From the sequence record MW735835.1: a stretch of DNA of 64,000 nucleotides, one strand, 5' to 3'. How positions within the stretch are numbered: position 1 is the first letter of the stretch; each line of letters begins with the position of its first letter. This document shows positions 56,401 through 63,187 of the stretch, in pieces. The translations under genes and the position numbers were made by a program. Under the pieces are notes generated by a model. The model had not been told where the DNA came from, did no database searches, and was given only the letters and a program-made list of their open reading frames with translations. This stretch comes from Pseudomonas phage pPa_SNUABM_DT01.

Positions 56401-56764
56401 TCGCAGGGAGGACCTTGTTGCCCACCATCTGCATGGCTTTTTGACCGAAACGCTTACTGCCACGAACGATCTCTGGGGAATCTCCAGTTATCTTATCGTA
56501 TAGCGATCGGGCATCGGATGCGACGTTTGAAACGGTGTCTGCGGCAAGGCCGTAGCCTGCTGGCAGGGCCATCGTCATGGCTTTGCGCAAAGCGGCCGGG
56601 GTGGCCAATTCTTCTTTGGCCCCTTGCAGCGCACCTTTGACTACACGAGTGACTGGCTTCCGGGAATTCTCGTCTGGCTCTTCATCGCCCTTCCATTCAG
56701 GAATGTCGAAATCGAAGCTATCGAGATCCATGTTGTCCAAGTCGATGTCGTCTTTCTTTGCCAT
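50444..56764 (-). CDS. Giant virion-type protein (2106 aa) with a C-terminal lytic transglycosylase (SLT) domain
   Basis: The SLT domain is AASIAGVESGFRPNAIPYKNPKNPSAGVLSSAASFYQ...MAHFLGPYGAKRFLAAPP...AKSNPSIFYDRNGNPRTVAAVYNDFDAKLTKHRK, closely resembling the catalytic C-terminus of phiKZ KZ144/gp181. There is an acidic N-terminus, a long hydrophobic segment (GALIGAAGLVSAPVLAVIGIVGAGIAIGAYIYA) and an S/T/A-rich C-terminal tail. Confidence 0.9.
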   Translation of the reverse strand: MAKKDDIDLDNMDLDSFDFDIPEWKGDEEPDENSRKPVTRVVKGALQGAKEELATPAALRKAMTMALPAGYGLAADTVSNVASDARSLYDKITGDSPEIVRGSKRFGQKAMQMVGNKVLPAKLVKRINDSLEEDTDYQVKSDADYKREQEESEIAALAEIFKAKGAADEEQRKQDAAQNLEEKALDQERFKSNIQVLTAINKSMARLVGYQDKVTAKYQQKMLELNYRQFATQRQLVDIMTEATQKHTVILENIRKNTALPEAVKIRGSEMFSQLAHQRLMGAGLNTISNWTQNYASQVMNNVSGMVQGVLDPMRQMNAMGGEDIDKHEMAGNVIGSMIGSTVRDYASLHLSPYLAKNKYIARGGEKLRNTFSGIPQRINEYAQSKTEGTGFRAIATQMFKNFLPQFSLDSRPGGTSVTKLDEVATFDAIARRSLIEIIPGYLSEIAHWSRIAVTGESKEDRRVYNVIRGGFTSEKEQLQDVSRQILNRSERDSLRLAAEDFLKEIGGDTMSSKAQRVLKRKILDELANGNDLVPKRLADPASYPNEDVGVVDEITSLIIDTFNLDLDGNMADGSTEGKSRFNDIRDKFLGMTSMIPAAGDRIRILGDVLGKDSLRKLGFIERQGREDRINFDKIWSSILDEDDNAGKAGTPQSGPNAPDLAGKLGDRGGIVGKISAALADSANRADRMVSERGEGETRRSGLERFLGDKSTLITLIRESRDFHSETVDLLKELTKCGCGGGGGSSQLYGDIQNGWRGFKGSVSENSKKLSDWSRGQYKKGQKKFGEFKATAKDIWIQGEDHPILQEYKLRAGEYKDKATGEVLKRWEDIQGDVVDLKGRTIAKYNDIVDSGVIADYKGKVQGTFADKYAKFKTSGAGVWTSGMIAGGKARINSLGNTINEMRGTGKPGEFVDNLGRKAAEEKKKFRPRMKRLMRFFGGGKAGADVSSELTGDKDEDMLTLALRSVQLQYETLKQVTQERVRKGSYKDLQAKRDAAIEKVKEAAKGKGSEIQGLFAKNGALATLMAQLGNKGDGDDEEGGGIMDSIGDWFGGGDGPDGKRKGGRAGRTAARRAGRVGRLGKIANWGGRQLDKMGTAGRILKGGLKGGAWLTKNAAKAAWWTTKTAFRGVGGAARLAGGILTNPLTRLVAGMAGRAALGALIGAAGLVSAPVLAVIGIVGAGIAIGAYIYAQNKEKLPPLTRIRMAQYGIKPKADSEEFKQLVELEKLFAQYTSVDSEGKATVNSQSVPVEALTKILKIDTEIPAEENELFARAGQFLKGRFAAVYLKHVSNYYALTKSTDLTQIDAKVTGKAAFQFADKVAMYDQPEVFNAMVSPFEDEELDMDAGDVKDVIAEAKDEIKEYIKKEEDKDKTSGEKMAGAVASGVIGSQIRGQAAKRLEAANVDTGSKSAIPTASKTDVPPVQSIQKATGGPGALLKTGMTSAPAAAGAALLMMKPGAATELDDGKPVRYRVYGLTEMLAIKSGHLEMLENSLWDRVKYDKGNQAFFDDPSECHGIAESIFSPIGNEAENVYIWFYRRFMPTFLQYCSSVRRRANIDAKDAADRLKTEELVDVLRETANARGEAEISVWDITESPWPGYALNDDPESVKEPLYLLSTKIKDKTLQENTAPIAGQVRDKDGKIIEKDQTQINRPASADGQQGPSSGSQGSQSGESDSWFGSMWKGAKDALGFGGDSKPAQQGAVSPSGQSVQPSGAAAFTPGTPISHPGGGSGGNINSIPEPKGDGWDNVKDTLMAAANMVGVDPALAASIAGVESGFRPNAIPYKNPKNPSAGVLSSAASFYQVIKGTWAELMKKYAAKYGINPNTTQHDPRANALLGLEFIKENIDVIKKVKSNVTDTDVYMAHFLGPYGAKRFLAAPPGDPAINHVGADQAKSNPSIFYDRNGNPRTVAAVYNDFDAKLTKHRKADAAQVAQSINGGVVKADDGTAVASGGNATDTSGSSASVPSMVKPAGDTDTTSAPNTVAQAAPADNANLAEKADARQVQNTTAPMEVAARVAETQTSTQSANAANTYGGMDKNMGRLIDVNEDQLEQLTILVNLVKSGGLPMPTPGQQAQELQASTQTTQNPSINTPKAAPKGVVSVARV

Positions 56765-56839
56765 CGAAATTCTCCAAATTGGCTTATAATACTAAGCCTC
56801 CTTCATACCAACTGTCTAAATGACTCCGAAATTTACGGG

Positions 56840-58543
56840 ATGCCTTTTATGACCGCCGATATGCAGCCCATCAACGGGCCTGTGGGACCCAGCATCCAGT
56901 ACGCTGAAGTCCCCGCAAAAGTCTGGCCGATGGTCCTGACGAAAGAGCGGGTGAGCCGGATGACTCCGGTGACCAGCTTGGACATCTACGACGGGGCCAG
57001 CAGCGAGTTCCACGATCAAGGTCTGTACTCGACTGCGATCTTTGGCCGTGTTGGTTCGGACGAGCGTGACACCACGTTCTCCTACATCGACCTGAAGGTG
57101 CGCATCTTCCACCCGAAGATCTTCCGTGACCTGATGAGCCTAAAGTCCATCTACCGCGGCATCTGCTCCGGGCGTGAGACGGCCATCTTCGATCCGGTGA
57201 CCAAGGACTTCGTTGCAGACAGTTCCGAGAAGGCTGAAACCGGCTACAGTTTCTTCGTACGCCACTTCCCTGAACTGCAACTGCGCAAGTCGAAGTCCCC
57301 GACTCGTCAGATCCGGGTGGAGTTCATCAACAAGTGGAAAGATGCAGCCCTCACCCGCTACATCCCTGTGTTGCCAGCAGGTATCCGTGACATCGAGATC
57401 GATGACAACGGCATGGCAACCAAGAACGAGATCCACGACCTCTACTACCGCGCGCTGTCCATCTCGAACACCATCCCGGTGACCTCCGACATGGAAAGTC
57501 CGGCCCTGGACATCGCCCGTAACGCGTTGACCAACTGCCTGTCCGAGATCTACGACCTGATCGAAGGCATGCTGGCTGGCAAGAACGGCTTCATCCTCGA
57601 CAAGTGGGCTTCGCGGCGTGTGGTCTACGGTACGCGTAACGTACTGACCGTGATGGACACCTCCATTGCGGACCTGAACAACGACAACGCCCCTGGTTTC
57701 GATGCGACCACCCTCGGCCTGTTCCAGGTCATCAAGGGCATGACGCCGCTGACCATCCACCACATGCGTCGGACCTTCGGCAATCAGATCCAAGCCGGTG
57801 AAGGCCAGGCTCAACTGATCGACAAGAAGACCTTGCGGCCAGTCTGGGTGACCCTGTCGCCCGATTCACGCGACCAGTGGACCACTCGTGACGGCCTGAC
57901 TGCGGTTATCGACCGTTACCAGATGGTCGAGATGCGTAACCGCCCTGTGGAGATCGAGGATCACTACCTCGCGCTGATCTACCGGGGTCCGGACAACACC
58001 TTCCGCATCTTCTTCGACATCGCCGAACTGCCGGATCACCTCGATCCGATGAACGTGCACCCGATCAACCTGGTCGAGCTGCTGTACCTGTGCGGTTATG
58101 CGTACTGGAACAAGTACTTCGCTCAGATCTGTCGTTACCCGATCTCCGGTAACCGCTCCATCTATGCTTCCCGCGTTTACGTCAAGACCACGGTGGTCGG
58201 TGAACGTCGTGTGGAGCTGAATGAGATGTGGGAACCGTACACCGATGAAGACCATGTGGCGCTCGAGTTTCCAAAACCGGGTTCGACCTCCTATATGGAC
58301 ACGCAGTCCCCGCACAGCACCAAGCTGGTCGGCCTGCAAGCGGACTTCGACGGTGACACCGGTTCGGCAACACTGATCATGTCCAAGGAAGCCATGCAAG
58401 AGAACGATCGTACTCTGCGTTCACGCCAGTACTGGGTGGATACCGACGGCTCCCTCATTTCTTCGTACGACTACGACACCCTCAAGTACGTCGTCACCAA
58501 CCTGACAGGACGATTCAAACATGGGCGTAATGTTTCTCTATGA
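56840..58543 (+). CDS. Multisubunit RNA polymerase beta-prime-like subunit, N-terminal fragment (about 567 aa from ATG 56840)
   Basis: The catalytic motif GLQADFDGDTGSATL matches NADFDGD. The N-terminal region GLYSTAIFGRVGSDERDTTFSYIDLKVRIFHPKIF resembles the beta-prime clamp segment (GLFCERIFGP...IELAAPVAHIWF). The track ORF starts earlier at 56624, which overlaps the upstream gene. Confidence 0.8.
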   Translation: MPFMTADMQPINGPVGPSIQYAEVPAKVWPMVLTKERVSRMTPVTSLDIYDGASSEFHDQGLYSTAIFGRVGSDERDTTFSYIDLKVRIFHPKIFRDLMSLKSIYRGICSGRETAIFDPVTKDFVADSSEKAETGYSFFVRHFPELQLRKSKSPTRQIRVEFINKWKDAALTRYIPVLPAGIRDIEIDDNGMATKNEIHDLYYRALSISNTIPVTSDMESPALDIARNALTNCLSEIYDLIEGMLAGKNGFILDKWASRRVVYGTRNVLTVMDTSIADLNNDNAPGFDATTLGLFQVIKGMTPLTIHHMRRTFGNQIQAGEGQAQLIDKKTLRPVWVTLSPDSRDQWTTRDGLTAVIDRYQMVEMRNRPVEIEDHYLALIYRGPDNTFRIFFDIAELPDHLDPMNVHPINLVELLYLCGYAYWNKYFAQICRYPISGNRSIYASRVYVKTTVVGERRVELNEMWEPYTDEDHVALEFPKPGSTSYMDTQSPHSTKLVGLQADFDGDTGSATLIMSKEAMQENDRTLRSRQYWVDTDGSLISSYDYDTLKYVVTNLTGRFKHGRNVSL

Positions 58544-61500
58544 CCGCTATGTGAAATTGTTCGGTATCCGTCGGTTGGGTGAGATGGAAAACCCACGTGT
58601 ACGACCAATCGCTCGATTCGGTCTGCCCCGTGGGACCAACTTCCACTACCAACCGATGAACGAAACCGAACTGGGCCCCAGTGGGACCTCGCCGGTCATC
58701 GCAGCAGCGCAGCGTCTGGTGTACATTGACCATGTGCCCGACCTGTTGGCGAAAGAAGGGAACCCGCGTCCTACTTTCAAGCTGCTTGCTCCGATGATGC
58801 AGCAGTACCGTCGCGAGAACATGCAGATCCGTCCGATGAAGGACTACGATCAGGCTGCCAAAGAACCGCTGAACATGATTGTGGTGAACTACGCCATGGT
58901 CAGCCAGATGTTCAAGTACCAGCGCTCGGCGCTGAGTCGTTGGTGGGCTTGGCGTAACCTGCGTGGCACTCAGTGGGAACGCTTCAACCGCATGAAGACC
59001 ACGCACGAGCGTCATCACATCGTGGTCTTTGATTGCCCGAACTCGCTGCCTGCTCTGTCGGACCTGCGTAAAGCAGAACGCGCCATGACCCCGGCACTGA
59101 TGCAGGTTTTCAACACCCGCGAGCGTCTGGATTTGCTCGACCTGTTCATCTGGTTGGGTGAGAACCGCAAGTCGACCCCCATGGGCGTGCTGGATGAATC
59201 CCGCCTGCACGAGATCGACCTGATCATCCGTCGTGAAACTGGCTTCATCAGCATCAACCTCGGGCTGCTCAACAGCTTCCGTAAGGCTGGCGCTGGTGTG
59301 TCCATGGAATCCTTCGCCGACCAACCGGTCAGTGAGGACTTCGACTTCGAGGAAACTTACCAGCGTTACGTCTCCATGGAGATGGCTGGTGACGACACCC
59401 TCGATGAGGACATGCAGGTCTCGATGGAAGCTGCTCCTGGGTTGGACCCGAAGATCATCCAGCTGCGTTTCCTCAAGCTGCTGACCAAGATCATCGATCA
59501 GACCAACCCGATCGTGACAGCTCCTGCCGAACAGCAAGTGGAGGCCATGACCGAGGCGAAAGCTGAGGAAGAGGCTGCCCAGGCAGAAGAAGAACAGGCA
59601 CAGGAAGAACAACTCCTCGCAGAGACCGGCGCTGATGAACTGCTGGTCAACGAAGAGGAAGAGTTGGCTGCGGCGTTGGACGAACCGGCACAACCGGCCA
59701 ACGATTCCGAGCTGACGGACGAAGATGGTAACCTGATCATTGAGACCGGCAACCAGAACAAGGAAGCCGAGATCCAAGTGGTGGGCACGAGTAACATCAC
59801 GCACACCCTGACCAGTACCATCCAGTCGAAGATCGAAGACCTGGTGGACAAGGAGCTGATCACGGCGGCGCAATACCGTCGCATGCAGCGCCTAGCGGAA
59901 TCGTACAAGACCATGGAGAACCCATGGGACAAGTCGAAGACCGTCGAACAGTCCCTCGAGATCCCGTTCGAAGACCTCGCGCTCCAAGAGTCCGAGAACT
60001 ACCCGCAGATGGATGCCATCCGTGACCAATCGATGCGCCAGTCTACCGTCGAGAAGATGGATAGCCAGTACATCGAAAAGGTGATGAAGGGCGATATCCT
60101 GAACGCGGTGATGTCTGTTCAAAAGGCAGGCATCGCGGTGACCGGCTACGAGATCGAGACCGTCAAGGATGCGGTCAGCAACTACGAGATCCACCGGATT
60201 CAGTTGACCCCGGTGACGGGCAAACCGTCCACCATCAGCTTCCGTGTCCCGATCGTTGACAAGCGGGGTGTTTACATCTCCAACGGTCAGCGTTATCGCA
60301 TGCGGACCCAGAAAGCCGACGTACCGATCCGTAAGGTCAGCCCGATTCGGGTCGCCCTGACGTCGTACTACTCCAAGATGTTCGTGGAGCGTTCGCAGCG
60401 TGCGACGTTCAACTACGACGCTTGGGTTGGCAAGCAAATCATCGCTAAGGGCCTGGACCCGGCAGACACCAGCATCACCAACGTAAAGGTCGCTGACGTG
60501 GCCGACTACGAGCTGGACGTACCGACTGCGTACACCGTGATCGGTAGCCGCGTGATGAGCTTCGAGGCCAATGGCCATTACTGGTTCGACTACAAGAACC
60601 GAGAGCGTTCCCGCCTCTTCGACATGAAGCTGGTGGAGAAGATCGAAGCTGAGCACAAAGGCATGATCGTCTGCGGTCGCCGTGACCAGCGTTACATCAC
60701 GGTTGACAAGGACAACGCGTTCTACCTGCTCGACGAGAAGACCGGTCAGGTGACTGAACTGGGTCAAATCGAAGACGTGTTGGCGCTGCAACGCGACAAG
60801 TCTCCGGTGGGCATGGCCGAGATCAGTATCTTCGGCAAGATCATGCCAATCGGTATCGCGCTGTCGTACCTGCTCGGTCTGGATCGTCTCCTGGAGATGA
60901 CCAAGGCGAAGTACCGTGTGGTTCCGCTCGGCACCCGTCTGCAAATGTCGGATGACGAGTACGCCATCAAGTTCCTGGACGAGACCCTGGTGTTGGAGAA
61001 ATCTGACGTCCAATCGAGTCTGATCTTTGCAGGCTTCCTGCATTACCACAAGCACATCCGTAGCTTCTCGCGTCACAGCTTCAACGCGAAGGATGTGTAC
61101 TTCAATATCCTCGAGGCCAACGGCATTGGGCTGCGCTACATGCGCGAACTCGACCTCATGAACGCCATGTGGGTTGACCCGATCACCAAAGGCATCCTGG
61201 AATGGATGAAGGAACCGACCGAGTTCGTACCGTTGCTGATCCGTGCAGTGGAACTGCTCGTGACCCGTTACGTCCCTCAGAACGTCGAGGGCGCAGATGG
61301 GTTGGTCGAAGGGCAAGAACGTGCCAAGGGCTACGAACGTATCCCGGGTGCGATCTACGGTGAGCTGGTGCGGTCCATCCGCGTCTACAACTCCCGCTCT
61401 GCCTCGAACACCTCTTCGGTCTCCATGAAGCCACATGAAGTGTGGACCAACATCGTTCAAGACCCGGCCTCGGCGCTGGTCGACGACATCAACCCGATCC

Positions 61501-62912
61501 AGAACCTCAAGCAGAAAGAGATCATCACTTACGGTGGCCGTGGTGGCCGCAGTAGTCGGTCGATGACTGCTGAATCGCGTCTGTACAAGGAAAGCGACAT
61601 CGGGTTCATCTCGGAATCCACCGTGGACTCCGGTGACGTGGCGGTAATCACCTACATGTCGCCGAACGCGAACATCACCAGTGTGCGCGGCACGATTCGG
61701 AAGTACGATAAGGAAAAGGACGGCGCAGCTAACATCGTGTCGACCTCTGCCCTGATCTCTCCGTTTGCTGACCGAGACGACCCTAAGCGGGTGAACTTCA
61801 TCGGTATCCAGCAGTCTCACGTGATCTCTTCCGAGGGCTACCGTGAGTCCCCCATCAGCACCGGCTACGATCATGTTCTCGCTCACCGCGTGGATGAGAT
61901 CTTCGCCGTACCCGCCAGCAAGAACGGCGAGGTGGTGGAACGCACCGACGAGCACATCGTTGTTGCGTACGAAGATGGTACCTTCGAACACCTTGACCTG
62001 AGTACGCAGTACGGTATCTCGGCAGGGGCAGTCTACCCGCAGTACCAAGCCTCCACGTTCCAACTGGGCGACAAGGTCCAGAAGGGCGACATCCTCAAGT
62101 ACAACTCGGGCTTCTTCAAGCCGAGTCGTTTCCACCCACGTCAAGTGCAGTGGAAGGCTGGGGTCATCGCTCGGACGGCTTTGATGGAAGCCTCGTACAC
62201 CCTCGAGGACTCCTCGGCAATCGACGACTGGCTCGCCAAGCAATTGGGGTCGGAAGTCACCAAGGTCAAGACCATTGTTGTACGGTTTGACCAGACCATT
62301 CGGAACCTTGTCAAAGAAGGCGAGCATACGGACATCACCAGTATCCTATGCACGATTGAAGATGCTGTAACGGCGGATTCTGGACTCTTCTCTGACGATG
62401 ATCTCGACATCCTTCGCAAGATGGGCTCGGCTACTCCTCAAGCAGGGGCAGTTGGCGAAGTCTCGAAGATCGAGGTCTTCTACCACGGCGACCCGGACGA
62501 CATGTCGGATTCGCTGTTGGAGCTGGTGACCGCTCACGACAAACAACGCCGTAAGGCTGCGAAACGTCTGGGCATGGTTCCGTTCACCGGTCAGGTCGAC
62601 CAATCCCTTCGTATCGACGGGAACGGTCTGGAACTCGATCACGTTGCCATCAAGGTCTACATCACTCACCGTGAAGGCATGGGTGTCGGCGACAAGGCAG
62701 TGTTCTGTAACCAGATGAAGACAGTAGTGGGCCATCGTCTCGACGGGGTCAACGAAACTGCTGACGGGACAAAGATCAATGCCATCTTCGGTGCCAAGTC
62801 CGTAATGGACCGTATCGTCAGCTCGGCTTTGCTGATCGGCATGACGATCTCGACACTCACCGCTATTGGTGAGAAGGCCGCGGACATGTGGACTAACGTG
62901 TCCGAGCAGTGA
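58521..62912 (+). CDS. RNA polymerase beta-like subunit (1463 aa) with an internal acidic insertion; it lacks the extreme C-terminal beta motifs
   Basis: The near-C-terminal block KVYITHREGMGVGDKAVFCNQMKTVVGHRLDGVNETADGTKINAIFGAKSVMDRI aligns to the beta motif K.YLA.KRK...GDKMAGRHGNKGVVS...DGTPVDIVLNPLGVPSRMN. An acidic insert lies at EAKAEEEAAQAEEEQAQEEQLLAE. The start overlaps the previous gene by 23 nt. Confidence 0.75.
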   Translation: MGVMFLYDRYVKLFGIRRLGEMENPRVRPIARFGLPRGTNFHYQPMNETELGPSGTSPVIAAAQRLVYIDHVPDLLAKEGNPRPTFKLLAPMMQQYRRENMQIRPMKDYDQAAKEPLNMIVVNYAMVSQMFKYQRSALSRWWAWRNLRGTQWERFNRMKTTHERHHIVVFDCPNSLPALSDLRKAERAMTPALMQVFNTRERLDLLDLFIWLGENRKSTPMGVLDESRLHEIDLIIRRETGFISINLGLLNSFRKAGAGVSMESFADQPVSEDFDFEETYQRYVSMEMAGDDTLDEDMQVSMEAAPGLDPKIIQLRFLKLLTKIIDQTNPIVTAPAEQQVEAMTEAKAEEEAAQAEEEQAQEEQLLAETGADELLVNEEEELAAALDEPAQPANDSELTDEDGNLIIETGNQNKEAEIQVVGTSNITHTLTSTIQSKIEDLVDKELITAAQYRRMQRLAESYKTMENPWDKSKTVEQSLEIPFEDLALQESENYPQMDAIRDQSMRQSTVEKMDSQYIEKVMKGDILNAVMSVQKAGIAVTGYEIETVKDAVSNYEIHRIQLTPVTGKPSTISFRVPIVDKRGVYISNGQRYRMRTQKADVPIRKVSPIRVALTSYYSKMFVERSQRATFNYDAWVGKQIIAKGLDPADTSITNVKVADVADYELDVPTAYTVIGSRVMSFEANGHYWFDYKNRERSRLFDMKLVEKIEAEHKGMIVCGRRDQRYITVDKDNAFYLLDEKTGQVTELGQIEDVLALQRDKSPVGMAEISIFGKIMPIGIALSYLLGLDRLLEMTKAKYRVVPLGTRLQMSDDEYAIKFLDETLVLEKSDVQSSLIFAGFLHYHKHIRSFSRHSFNAKDVYFNILEANGIGLRYMRELDLMNAMWVDPITKGILEWMKEPTEFVPLLIRAVELLVTRYVPQNVEGADGLVEGQERAKGYERIPGAIYGELVRSIRVYNSRSASNTSSVSMKPHEVWTNIVQDPASALVDDINPIQNLKQKEIITYGGRGGRSSRSMTAESRLYKESDIGFISESTVDSGDVAVITYMSPNANITSVRGTIRKYDKEKDGAANIVSTSALISPFADRDDPKRVNFIGIQQSHVISSEGYRESPISTGYDHVLAHRVDEIFAVPASKNGEVVERTDEHIVVAYEDGTFEHLDLSTQYGISAGAVYPQYQASTFQLGDKVQKGDILKYNSGFFKPSRFHPRQVQWKAGVIARTALMEASYTLEDSSAIDDWLAKQLGSEVTKVKTIVVRFDQTIRNLVKEGEHTDITSILCTIEDAVTADSGLFSDDDLDILRKMGSATPQAGAVGEVSKIEVFYHGDPDDMSDSLLELVTAHDKQRRKAAKRLGMVPFTGQVDQSLRIDGNGLELDHVAIKVYITHREGMGVGDKAVFCNQMKTVVGHRLDGVNETADGTKINAIFGAKSVMDRIVSSALLIGMTISTLTAIGEKAADMWTNVSEQ

Positions 62913-62926
62913 CAAAGTAGTCGATA

Positions 62927-62960
62927 GTCCGGGAGTCGCAAGGCTCCCGGACCTTCCTTT
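62927..62960 (+). terminator. Hairpin GTCCGGGAG-tcgcaagg-CTCCCGGAC followed by CTTCCTTT
   Basis: A 9-bp stem lying 15 nt after the stop of the beta-like gene. Confidence 0.5.
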
Positions 62961-62992
62961 ACAGCGCCTCGAATTTTCACAGGAACTTGCTC

Positions 62993-63187
62993 ATGAGCAA
63001 TGCCAACACCTTCGACAACCTCGCGGTCATCGCGGGGGCTGTTGACCTCTCCGTGGAGATCGTCAACAACCTGGCGGGTAACCTCGTCTCCAGTTATCTG
63101 GACGGCGCACCGGTGAACGACCGCACCATTGCTGCCATTGCAGCTGCCGACATCAACAACGTCATCGAGGGCCGCGACAATGCTTAA
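62993..63187 (+). CDS. Small hypothetical protein (64 aa)
   Basis: ACAGGAAC precedes the ATG at 62993. The stop overlaps the next ATG. Confidence 0.45.
   Translation: MSNANTFDNLAVIAGAVDLSVEIVNNLAGNLVSSYLDGAPVNDRTIAAIAAADINNVIEGRDNA

Noticed and set aside
50387-56503. Plus-strand ORFs of 1419 aa and 565 aa opposite the 2106-aa gene
   Set aside because: They are antisense shadows. The minus-strand product has clear SLT-domain motifs, while the plus-strand products are low-complexity with no motifs.
59892-62327. 811-aa minus-strand ORF inside the RNAP beta-like gene
   Set aside because: It is an antisense shadow. The plus-strand frame carries conserved beta-subunit blocks.
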